Origin: Podarcis muralis
Taxonomy: Eukaryota
NCBI RefSeq assembly: GCF_964188315.1
Contig: NC_135657.1
Coordinates: 37,262,001-37,326,000, forward strand
Length of the DNA stretch: 64,000 nt
Reading direction: 5' to 3'
This document shows positions 40,074-51,367 of the stretch, piece after piece. The notes beneath the pieces are model-generated. The model ran no database searches and was not told the DNA's origin. It was given only the letters and a program-made list of their open reading frames with translations. Numbering within the stretch: the first letter of the stretch is position 1; each line of letters opens with the position of its first letter. Both the position numbers and the translations under genes were made by a program.

Positions 40074-40208
40074 CAGTGATGGCCAAACTTGGCCCTCCAG
40101 CTGTTTTGGGATTACAATTCCCATCATCCCTGACCACTGGTGCTGTTAGCTAGGGATGGTGGGAGTTGTAGCCCAAAACGGCTGGAAGGCCAAGTTTGGC
40201 CATCACTG
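40074..40208. mobile_element. URR1-like hAT hairpin MITE
   Basis: CAGTGATGGCCAAACTTGGCC...GGCCAAGTTTGGCCATCACTG long inverted arms; TSD not clean. Confidence 0.85.
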
Positions 40209-41434
40209 CTATACGATGTAAATTATTGTCAATGCACATAACTAAGTCAACCAAGTCTTTTATTCAATCTTCTCTTTTTGCAGGATGCCTCTATTGCAGT
40301 GAGTGGAAAACTGTGGCCATCCAGTTGTTCTTGTACACCAAACTCATGGCAGCATGTTCAATGATCAAGGGCAATGGGAATTTTAGCCCAACAACATGTG
40401 GAGAGCCATAGTTTTGCCATTCCTGCTTTAGTCCATAACTCCTAATTCAGACAATCTACAGCTAACCTCAGAAACCATGTTCCTTTTTTAAAAATGCAAA
40501 AAAACAAACATACTAGAAATCAAGATCACCACCACAAGCATTAGCATGGCTATCCTAGTTTTACATAGGCCGAAAGGAATAACCTTTATACAGGAGTGGC
40601 CTACAAGCTCCTCACAGGCAAGATTACCACTTTTGCCTTTAACCCCAAAAAGGAAGGAAGAGTTCCTTTGGATCTGATGACACTGCGCCACACAGCTTGT
40701 GCCATTATTATCCCTCTGAAAGTCACAAAACTGGAACAAAGGTTCTCGTTAACTTTGGGCAATGGGAGAAGCAGATGTGAGGAGAGTTGGAAGCAAGGAC
40801 TTAAAAGCCACACCCTTTTGGAAAGTTGTCTTGCCATTTCTTATCCCCAACGAGGAAGACCACACATAGATGTCACACCTGGGGCGGCGGGGAGGAGTAT
40901 ATAAAGTTGACACACTGCGATACCTGAGAATTAAAATTACAGGGCACACGCTTAAAAAAAAAAAAAAAAGCAAGAAAGGAGTAGGTGGTGAGGGGAAAAC
41001 AGGGAAAGCAGCTTAGAGATCAAACCGCCGTAGAGAGAGGAGTGAAGAATGAAAGATAAATCGTGGGTTTTCTTCGCCACTCGCCCCCACCCCCGCTTGG
41101 CAGGAAGCGCGACTAGGCCTTCAAGCCCCCGGCTTCCCCCGCCACTGTGATGCAGCCGAGGCAGTCACAGGCCTCGGGAAGGGATCCCAGTGACAGGACG
41201 AGGAGGAGGAGGAGGAGGAGGGCCGCCCTCCTCTTCCTCCAGTCGGGGGAGGTGAATGGAAAGAGGGCGCCCGACCTCCCCGAGAAACAGGGGCTCTCCT
41301 CCCCGAGCCCTTCCCCTCGGGCCTGGCCTCCCCACGCACCCACCCAGGCCCTCGGGACCGGAGAGACCCCAGCCCGGCAGCCCCGGCCAGGCCTGGCCCC
41401 TTTTGCCCGCTGCCCTCCCCGACCACGTACTCAC

Positions 41435-41505
41435 CCCCAGAAGCCGCAGGGGCAGCGGGGCGGCAAGCTGGGGGCTTTGCTGCGCTCGCTGCCGGCGTCT
41501 CCCAT
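41435..41505 (-). CDS. ZFAND3: ZFAND3 coding exon 1 (MGDAGSERSKAPSLPPRCPCGFW-G), AN1-type zinc finger protein 3
   Basis: ATG at 41505; 71 nt to donor GG|GTGAGT; peptide matches the recalled vertebrate ZFAND3 N-terminus. Confidence 0.97.
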
Positions 41506-42141
41506 GGCGGCGGCGACGTTGGCGGCCGCAGCAGCGGCGGATCTCAGGGCCGAGGCCGGGGGAAGAAGGAAGGGGCAGCTCCAGGCGGAGGGTCCAGGCC
41601 GGGGCTCGAAGCCGGGATTCCAGGCCGGTCAGCTGGAGTCGGGCGCTACCACTGCGGCGGCAGCGGCGGGGCGGGTGGGTAGCTGAAGCGAAGGCGGCGG
41701 CGGCGGCGGCGGAAAAGGAGGCGGCCGCGCCCTCTGGTGCTTGAGGTGACACTGAGCGGCGGGCGGCGGCTGCCGGGGGGTTGTGACGGGCCCGCAACAC
41801 GCTAGCCCCGCGGGCGGCGCGCGCCCCCTGACCCAACAATGCCCTCGGCTCCTCCCCCTCGGGGCGAGTGAGGTGGTCTTGCCCGGCCACAGGATCTGCT
41901 GGGAGAGGAGTGTACCAACGTCCGGAAATGGGTGGGGGGCTGCCGGGGACGGGTGGGGAGGCCAAAGCCGAAACGGGGAGCTGAAGCGAAGGCTTGTGTT
42001 ACCACAGCTTTAAAGCGGAAAGCTTCCAGGGGCGAATAAGCTCGAGAAGAGTGGTTGGGGAAAGACCGGGCACCCCCCGTACCATGATCTGCTAATGGTA
42101 CGGTCTGAAGAGATTGAGTCCGGGGTGAGGCAGATAAGGCT

Positions 42142-42175
42142 CTGCGCATGCGAGTCAGCAGAAACCCGGAAGTAA
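42142..42175 (+). promoter_or_regulatory. NRF1-like (TGCGCATGCG) plus ETS/GABPA (CCGGAAGT) motif pair
   Basis: Motifs at 42143-42152 and 42166-42173 in the distal part of the CpG island. Confidence 0.6.
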
Positions 42176-44011
42176 GCGTGAAGTAAAGAGTCACTCCTAG
42201 GAGTTTCCCCTCCCCCGCGCTGGTGGAATTCCCTGTCTAGGCAGGAGCAATCCCGGGAATTCCTGTTGGGGCTGCCCTACTGGCGTTGTTCGCGGCTGCT
42301 TTCTTCCCTCTCCTCAGCCTTAGCACTAGAGGGAGAGGGTTGGAGGAGCCAGGCTGCAAGCTTATGCACACTTCCCCGCGAGTAAACCCGGTCGAAGTGT
42401 GTTGGATTTACTTGCTGAGTAAACATTTGTAGGGGCTGCGTTGATAATAGTCTCCAATTTAAAAGGAAGAGCCAGGATAAATAGCTTTCTCCTCTTTTCC
42501 TTAAACAGAACTTAATGCACCTTTACCAAGTGGCATGATGACAACAACCACACACACACAAAAACAACCCAGGTGGAGGCGGAGGTCCCCCAGCCTGTAC
42601 GTTCTGCACCTAAATTTTGTATTGTGCTGCTGCTGTTTAAAGTTACAAGCGCCCGTCCCATTATTAAACCTGCTTTTGGCTAGTGCCTTGTGATGGCTTT
42701 GTGGTACTGGATCTTATGACATTTCTTTTAAAAAAGAGAAACATGGAAAAGGTTATGTTTTGCAGGTGTTAAAATAGGTGTAGAATGTGATCCTATGAGT
42801 GATTATTCAGAAGCAAGACCCCCTATTAGTATTAAAACACCTGAAGCTGCTAAAAGAATGAAGAATCCAGGACCACTTTAACAAATTTATTTAAGGGACC
42901 ACCTAGCACCATCATAAACCATCTTTCTGGCACTAAGCTAAAACTCAATGGATTATGATTAGCTTGCTAATGGCCTATTTGATGAAATATTCTGCAGAGA
43001 CGGGGTTCTGCTGGGTCTGTTTATGGATTATTGAAATGGTGTTACTGAAATTTATTGGTACGGTTTTGTGCTACACATTTGTGCCTTAACTTTTTTAGAA
43101 GTTGTTTAGAGATTTCTTGCAGTAAGTGACTAATAAGTCATATAGGTAGCAATACCAACATTTAAAATGTTTTAAACATTGGAGTAAAATGACTTTGGAA
43201 TGTATAAAATATAGGCTGAGATTATTATGCATTTATTCAGCAGAATTTGCATGCCAATTGTAAAGAAAATCTCTTAAGTGGTTGAGTTTAAAGTATGCAA
43301 CATAAACACAGTGATCATTCACAACAAAAGTAATCAGTGATAACACAATCGGCCTTAATTTCCTATGTTAATTAATATATGTAGTAAGATAGAAAACCAC
43401 TACATTTATAGCCATAGATATACACGTGAACTTCTTTTTAAACAAGATCTGTATTCATTTTCAAGTTGCACATCACACATAACATAACAAACAACACATT
43501 AACCACGTTGCTTAAAATATCACATCAGATTCTTACAGTTCACGCCAAAAAAAATTACCACATATTACCATGAGATATCTGGGGGTTGTAAACATGGTCT
43601 TCTCAATGTATATCATCCAAAAGTGGTTGCCACACATTATAGAATAGGTGGGGGTTAGAATTCTCTTTGGTCCTACAAATTCAGTGTTAAAGCCCAAAGC
43701 AGTACATTATTGCATCGCTATTTCCATATGCGCCACTGCAAGGAGGAACATTAAAAGTTCTTTATGAGCAAATGGTGGAGCAGACATGTCCTTGATTCCA
43801 AGAAAAGAAAGTTGAGGGGAAGGTTGTAGGCCATTTTGTGTATTAAACTCAATTTGAACTTCTTGACATTCCTCAGTCTCATACCTGAATCTGCCATTAA
43901 AGTTTCTTTCGTATGGCCACTTTCAGGTAACCAGCAGATTCTGATACCATTTTTGTGCCCATTTGTACTGCAGTGTAGAGAGATGGGTCTGTCTGAATTC
44001 CTATGTATGTA

Positions 44012-44253
44012 CAATGGTACCTCGGGTTAAGTACTTAATTCGTTCCGGAGGTCCGTTCTTAACCTAAAACTGTTCTTAACCTGAAGCACCACTTTAGCTA
44101 ATGGGGCCTCCTGCTGCCGCCGCACTGCCGGAGCACGATTTCTGTTCTCATCCTGAAGCAAAGTTCTTAACCCGAGGTACTATTTCTGGCTTAGCGGAGT
44201 CTGTAACCTGAAGCGTATGTAACCTGAAGCGTATGTAACCTGAGGAACCACTG
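44012..44253 (+). mobile_element. Tc1/mariner MITE family A
   Basis: CAATGGTACCTC / GAGGAACCACTG TIRs; TA TSD. Confidence 0.94.
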
Positions 44254-44300
44254 TAGAATGCAAGAAGGCATTATTGGCAGATTAAAAAAAAAACTCATTA

Positions 44301-45270
44301 TAGGGTTACTGGATGTCCCCGTTTCCCGGGGATAGTCCCCGGATTTGCAAATTTGTCCCTGGACAAATTCCATCCCCGGAATGTCCCCGGATTTCATCTA
44401 ATGTCCCTGGGAAATGTGGCAGCGGCAGTGGCAATCTCAGCAGCCCAGAGCCAGCCTGGTAGTGCAGTTGGTTCTGGCTGGCTTCAGGAGCTGCCCGCTG
44501 CCATAGCCCCCGACATTTTGCCTTGCTGGAAGTCCCCATATGATGGGTTGCGCACAAGACACATCATATGGGGACTTGCTGTAGGGGCTGAAGATGCAGT
44601 GCTGGGTGCCGCCGCCGGGCGAGAGCTACGTGGGGCCGTTGAGCTCGGTGCACCACTGCAACCTGGCGCTCAGCTTGCGCTCAGCTTGCCGTCGGCGCTG
44701 CTGCCCAGGGCCGTCGGCTTGGTCTCAGTCTCCAACTGGTGCTTGGGCGGCTGCAGCTGCTGCTCAGCTTCACCATTGTGCTCCTCGACTTGCAAGCAGT
44801 GGCTCGCTTGTCAGCCAGCTTGTCGTTGGCCATCGCGGACAAGAGGCAAGCAGGAGATGAGCTGATCCAGCCCAAGCACGCCTCCTCCCACTCCCACTCG
44901 CTCACCACTGGCTCTGCCCCGGACCCGCTGACTGGGCATGGTGTGGCGTGGATGGGTGGCCGCCGGACGGTGCCTGCACATGAGACGCCCAGACAGGCGG
45001 GCAGGGCAGCAGCAGGAGGAGGGGGCTTCTGCTAACGCTTACTTCCGAGTAAGCCTGTAGGGGATCGCAGTGCAAGGAGGGGGAGGGAGGGAGGGGGGAA
45101 GCATGGCTAGTGCTTCAAGAAAGGCCAGGACCCAGAGGAAGGCCGTGTAACAGAAGAGACTACAGAAGAGAAGATATTAATTCTTTATTTTTTTAAATAA
45201 CTTTTTTCCTCTCTTTTCTTAAAAAAATTATTGATTGATTGATTTTTTTGAAATAAATCTGGTAACCTAA
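44301..45270. mobile_element. Non-autonomous hAT (Blackjack-like) element with GC-rich cargo
   Basis: Left end TAGGGTTACTGGATGTCCCC with several TGTCCC/ATCCCCGG subterminal repeats; right end ATCTGGTAACCTA(A). No matching 8-bp TSD seen. Confidence 0.6.
44578..44833 (-). pseudogene. Decayed 5' coding-exon fragment of an unidentified gene
   Basis: gcgATGG start. After one 1-nt indel and removal of an 11-nt tandem duplication (44666-44687) it reads MANDKLADKRATA-QVEEHNGEAEQQLQPPKHQLETETKPTALGSSADGKLSARLQWCTELNGPT*LSPGGGTQHCIFSPY; 61 of 67 codons end in G/C. Confidence 0.65.
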
Positions 45271-45826
45271 TTGTAAATTGCATTGCTGATGAAAAGCAGT
45301 GTATAAGAATACCACATAAATAAGATGAATAGGTGAATGAACATTTGTCACTAGCTCCTGCATGAAATGGGAGCTCATTAGGACCATTTTCTAAAAAACT
45401 GCAGCTGGAGGGGGAAACAGAGTTGATTTCCGCCCCCCTTCCAAACTAGCCCTGTTCATGTGTGTTTAACAGCAGTCATTATGAAACTAACAAAGCCAAT
45501 GAACCATTTTCTGTCTCTTTATCTTTGTGTTGGGAATAGGCCTGTTAAAATTTTGCATGTCAGGGTACTATGAAATACATATGACTAAGCAAACCAGGCC
45601 TGGTGAGGACCTTTAAATGCAAGCCATTTGATACTTCTAGTAATGCTGGAAATACCGAGGCAGCAAAAAAGACCTTTCCTGAAGCGTTAAGCCGGGGATG
45701 TGCTACAGAATAAATCCACAGTTTACACTCACTTTACTTATGTGATCCATGCGGGTGTGGGGTGGGGTGGGAATAAGTGGTGAGCAGGGAAAACTTTTCA
45801 TTCCCTGTTCTCCATTTATTGATATA

Positions 45827-46078
45827 CAGTGGTACCTCTGGTTGCAGACGGGGTCCATTCCGGAGGCCCGTTCGCAACATGAGCAGAACGCAACCCACGT
45901 CTGCACATGCGTGGGTCGCAAATCGCCGTTTCTGTGCATGCGCGTGATGTCATTTTCCGTGACTGCGTGTGCACGAGCAGCAAAACCCGGAAGTAACCTT
46001 TTCCGGTACTTCTGGGTTGCCGCGGGACGCAACCTGAAAATGCTCAACCTGAAGCATACGTAACATGAGGTATGACTG
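45827..46078. mobile_element. Tc1/mariner MITE family C (shared TIR, CpG-rich core)
   Basis: TA-CAGTGGTACCTC...GAGGTATGACTG-TA. Confidence 0.9.
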
Positions 46079-46344
46079 TATATTTTCCACTCACAGACCT
46101 AGTGGATTTTCCTTCCTCACTATGCTCTCAGAAAGTTGCAGCAGGGCCCCAGGAAGCTTCCAGAGCTCTCACTCCTTGTCTCCCACAATTATATTTGTGA
46201 ATAAATAGTAGCTACTACCTGTTTTATCACTATAGTAGCGCTAATTCTTAGGCAGTTTTTATTTGAGTAGAATGATAATTGTAAAAATGAAAGGGAGAGG
46301 GAGCTCATTGAAGTCAGTTGATTAGAAGACTGATAAGCCTGTTT

Positions 46345-46347
<3 letters not shown>

Positions 46348-46379
<32 letters not shown>
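46348..46379. repeat. (GT)16 microsatellite
   Basis: Pure GT run. Confidence 0.96.
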
Positions 46380-46382
<3 letters not shown>

Positions 46383-48161
46383 CTCATATATGTGGAAGTG
46401 AGTCCCATGTAACTCTGTGGAAACTACCCATGATAATTCATGCATAAGACTGTGGTGTTAAGATTTGAAAGAGGAGCACATATTGTCCAAAGAATTGTGA
46501 ATTAAAAGAAGAAAATATTCCTGAAAAACTATAGCCGTGCACAGTTTTCCTTTTAAAATGATGGCATTAGCATTTATGTGAATAACCACTCATCTTTGGA
46601 TAATTAAAATTAAAAATAAAAACTTTACCAGTTCTCTACTCCAGGTGTGGGAGGGGACAGGAAGTATGTTGCTTCTTAAAGCTTTTTGTACAACAGTCAG
46701 AGCAATGTGGGTGTCTGTCTGTTACAGCAGAACGGGCCACACATCTGTGGAACTACTTTAGGCTTGTCCGCGATATTGCTCAAAGATGTGTGGTGCATCA
46801 GATACTATGAAGGGAGGCACACCCACAAAAGACAGTAAGATACAGTGACAAGAGCCTCCAAGTCTTTGTGAAGCTGTGGTCTGTACAAAGCCTATAATAG
46901 CTGCAGACTAGATGACAGTTCAGTACCCCAAGTGAGCCTTTGTGACATCACAGGTGACCACAGTTTTACAGTTCATTTGCAAGTGGCCTTTCTGGTGGTT
47001 GTGATCAAATGGAGCACTTTGCCTTTTGAAAATCAGAAGGGTTTTTTTTTTGGGGGGGGGAGTGTTTTGTAGCAGAAAGGTTTTCTCCTTTTTGTGGTTG
47101 TGTGATTAGGCAGAGATGCTCTGAATTGCACCTGGTTCCAGTTATTGTTAGAACCATACAGTATTATCCAGCTGTCTCTTCTGAATATTGTATTCTGGTG
47201 CATCCCTTTCTCATAATAACCTCATTTCCTTGCTTATTCCCTACCGTGCCCCATAGTTCTGAAATCATGGAGCACCAGCATTGACCCACTGCTATTTGTG
47301 ATCCACAGCGATGTAAATCTGCCTGACCTAATGATTCATGAGCTGTATCTCTCCCTCTTCCCAAACTCGGTGTGTGAGACCATCCTGTTAATCTATATGT
47401 ATTCTAGAAATCTAACTGGCCTTTAGGGTTGGTTGCCTTCAGCACCAGACTGAAACCAATGCACTTCAAATAACCAGGTAAAGGTTGAAACTTGAAAGGA
47501 TGTGTTAATATAACACAAAAAAGAAAGCCGTATTTTTATTTTAAATGGGCCTTTCTTACATTTCATTTACTGTATTAGTTCCCATCAACTAGAGAGTCAA
47601 TGTCTCTTATAAAATATACTGCTTTCAACAAACTTGGATGGAATCACATGGATAAATGGTGCCATTTTATCCCCTCAGAATTCTGTCTATAAGTAGCAGC
47701 TGGATATATTCAATGTACTTCAAGTGGAACCATTCCCACAACGAGTTCAGTTTTATCAGTGCCACTTCAGCTCCTGCTGTGATTCTGCTGCTTGTGTGTT
47801 TCTGTTTACCTTTTGAAATCCAACAAGATTCAGAGATAGTAAGCTGTAGCAGGACACAGATTCTCCATGTTTGTCCCAAGAGCTCATTTGCACCTAGGTT
47901 AAGTTTTGGGAGAAGTTGGTGCCGTTTCCCCCCCCCCAAATCCCAGGTGGACTCGATGACACATCTTGGTTTGGTTGTATGAAAGAAAGCTCCTCTTGAT
48001 AGTGGAACTAATTTTTCTCCACAATGTTTCTGCTTGTGATTCAACTGTCAGTAGTGCTCCCTCAAGCATGTGCTGACTGAAGAGCCCCACACATGTGCAT
48101 AGTAGGGAATGGATGTGCTGAAACAGCCTATTCAATCTGCTAAATCGACAGTAGGGTATCT

Positions 48162-48270
48162 GAGGGTTACCATATATCCGGAATTTCCTGGACATAACCG
48201 GTATTCGGCTCTCACAAACAGTGTCTGGACAGGAATTGTTGAAGTATCCAGGCAAAATATGGTAGGTGTG
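48162..48270. mobile_element. Degraded short Blackjack-like hAT MITE
   Basis: GAGGGTTACCATATATCCGG start and ...AAATATGGTA end. Confidence 0.4.
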
Positions 48271-51200
48271 ATAGCTCAAATAGAAGTGCTTTGTAGTTTT
48301 AGTGCTTTGTGAATTTGGCACCTTTTCCTGCTGCCATGTTCAACAAGGGCCAAATCACAGCTGGGAAGGAAAAACCGGAAGCATTCTTATGTGTGCTCCC
48401 CAATTCTTCCTTTGCAAGCCACAGGTTCAAATTGAATGTCATATGACATCAGATGATAGACAGGTGAGCAGCTCCACCCACCTCTCAAAGTAGCCCATAA
48501 ATGGTGCCATTTTAGTGGATTATATCACTGCATTTGAGGAAAGCTTCAGCTCTTGAATTTAATGTTTCAAGCAAGGGAGACATTGTGCTTCCCTAACTAG
48601 GTGTATTCCATAGATTATTTTTATTATGAATTTATATCCAAAGGAGCCCAGGGCAGCATATACTGCATTTCTGAGATTATTTGACAATATTACTGTTGCC
48701 TTTAATGCCTTTTAAGCAACATGTAAGACTTAATTTTCATTGGCTTTTAATCATCAGCGTGATAAAGTCCTCATTCGAGCTGTAAATAATTGAACTATTT
48801 AGTCATTCCTGATATTTCAGATCCCCCAGCTTTTTACTATAATTTTTCCAATTTGTTTCTGATTACCTATCTTAAGTTAGCCAGAGCTCATTGCAGCTGA
48901 GTCCTAATTCCTGTGCATCAGGTGCCTGAGAGGTATATTGTAAAACAACAAAAGACCAACACTTGCAACCAACTGTGTGTGATTCATCTGCTAAGTTAGT
49001 GCCCAGGCACTAGGCTGGGAACCGAACACAAATCCTGAAGCAAAGCCACATGTTGTAACTAGTATCTTTTTATTTGCAGGTAATTCAAACCTGTGTGTTT
49101 AAGATGACATGTTTTATGTAGGTCCTGTCACCAGTGCCACTCTACACGAGTCATGTGTAATAGCACCTGTCTGGGCTCTCTTAATTGCTTTGTTGCCAGC
49201 AGCGTCTTGGAGAAACAGAAATCTGTGTAGATTCTGCATTATAAAAGCCTTTAAAATAAACTAAAAAAAGAAAGAAAAGCACTGCTGTGGTTTCCTTCTC
49301 TCTCTCCTTCCTCAATTTCCACAATTTAATCACGTCCTGCCTGTTAATCTTTTCTGCCTGCCATTTCCCTTCAGTGTTTTAAAAGGGTGATATTCTAAGA
49401 GAGATGTGATCTGAGGGAGAAGAATAGAATGCCAACTTACTGGTGCATGTGTGTGTTTTAAAAAGCGATTATTTCAATCAGATGAAGGGTCTCTCTTAAC
49501 AGATTGGAACCATATGAGTGGCTTTCCTCATTTTACGGTAATTTAGCCCTCAAGATGGGAAGGAAGATGGGTGCCTCTTGTCGTCCACTTCACCTGCCCC
49601 TCTTTAGGGTTTTCTATAGTGTATCTCTATTAGCAATCATATCACAACCAAAATAAACAAGAAAGAAACGGATTGATTATATACAGGCACAACTCTTGTC
49701 TAGTTGTTTTGAAGCAGCAGCTTGAAGGTGTTAGGGCCCATCCCCGTAGGGTTGTCAACATGTCCAGAACAAAAAAAGGAATGACCTGGCTGCATTGTGA
49801 GTTTGTTTCTTTAATCGTTGAGCAAACTGCCACTTTTTCCTCTGTAAAATTCAGAGATAATGATAAAACTTACGTTTATTCATTTTTTTTTACTTCAAAA
49901 ATTGCAGTAATCAAGAAAAGATATTAAAGAGCGTGGATTTTTATTTTTTTTTACACAATTGGTATAGGATATTGTAGAAACTGCCTTCATCCTTCAATCC
50001 AGGCAAGTGAATGGAACAACAACAAAAAATCAAATGACAGAAGGATAGCCCTGAAGAGTAACTTGAATAATATACTGATTTTAAGGTGATTGAGCAAATG
50101 TATCAAACACAGTTTGTTTGCTTTTGAAATTTGGTCATATTAAGCATCACAACAGTTGCAGTCCAAACACAGTGAGAAGCTACTCTGTATGTCATTACAT
50201 ATACTGAAGATGTTCAGATATATGTCTTGGTTAACACTCTGTATGGTGGAAGAAGACTCATGCCTTCTCTTCCCCATTGCAACCCTGGTGTGCTCCAAGA
50301 AGGACAGAGGTCTGGAATATGGGGGGGGGGGGGATTGGGAGAAATCATGCAGAGTCAGCTGGGATGAATGGCATCTCCCATTCACACAACCCACCCCCAC
50401 CTAGTTTCCCCCCTAATTCCCCACTCCTCTGCCGCACTCCTTGAGTTTGCACTGCATTGGTTACCACAGGGTACTGTTTTTTTAAATGCTAAATCAAGAA
50501 GATCTTTAATCTAGCTTTTTCTGTTTTGAAAACTATAAATTTTCCAATCTGGGAGCTGGTGCAGCAAATGGGTGTCCTCCCTCCACCTGCCAATCTGCCT
50601 TGGTCAGCATGAGTAGTGGGCTGTGGAAAAAGTGGTAGCTAAACCACTCCATTAAGCCCTGCTACTGCCAGCCAGAAGTATTGATTGACCCCTACATCAC
50701 CAGCCAGTGGGCATTTTCAGAATAATTAAATTTGACCATTATTGTTGGCGACTTGTGCATTCTTCATGTCCCCACCCTGTTGTATGAATCTGGTCTTTCA
50801 ATGAAATGTGAAAGTCGCTACAGACTTGTGAGCCTGATTATCCACTAGACTGGTTTGATGGCAAATCCTGATTCTGCTTTCTATGCAAAGCATATTTCTG
50901 CCTAAATCACGTACGAGGCTTTCCATTGAGGCAATATAAAAGAACTGTAATTTTTGGAAGCAATAGACATATCTATAGATCATCCGTAAGAGTTGGCCTC
51001 TCGGAAACTGCATATGACTCAGGCCAAATAATGCTGTTAAGAGATGTTTTAGCTGATTATATCTCTATTTTTCACTATTAGGCAGATTGTATTTATTTTG
51101 CAGCTCCTGAAAAGACAGTAATGGGTCCTGAGAATTTAATCAATGTGAAAGCTTTAGAATGCCCCTGCCTTCCTGTGGCTTTCCTGTAAATGGATGGCCA

Positions 51201-51367
51201 GCCATTTTAAGTGGAGGATCAAGCAAATTAGAGACTTCTGTTACATATCTAGGTGAAAACATTCAGTAAAAGCAGCATAAATTTCACTAACAGCATGTTT
51301 AAACTGTGTTACCAAAGCATGGACAATAAAGTCCAATGTTGTTTTCTCAGCTCCTGGGCACTATCTT

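Larger units (their letters stand above)
348..41434 (-). other. ZFAND3: ZFAND3 intron 1 (~41.1 kb, phase 2)
   Basis: GTGAGT donor at 41434 and CAG acceptor at 350-348 join the two coding exons in frame. Confidence 0.9.
41020..42400. promoter_or_regulatory. ZFAND3: ZFAND3 CpG-island promoter and GC-rich 5'UTR
   Basis: Very GC- and CpG-rich block in an AT-rich window; contains coding exon 1, a (GGC)n tract near 41693-41712 and a perfect Kozak GCCGCCGCCATGG. TSS is not determinable from sequence. Confidence 0.88.

Noticed and set aside
41113-42194. Numerous long ORFs on both strands of the CpG island
   Set aside because: Stop codons are rare in DNA this GC-rich; only the 71-nt exon has splice and homology support.
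44353-44865. 170-aa plus-strand ORF
   Set aside because: It is the antisense shadow of the GC3-rich minus-strand cargo plus transposon ends.
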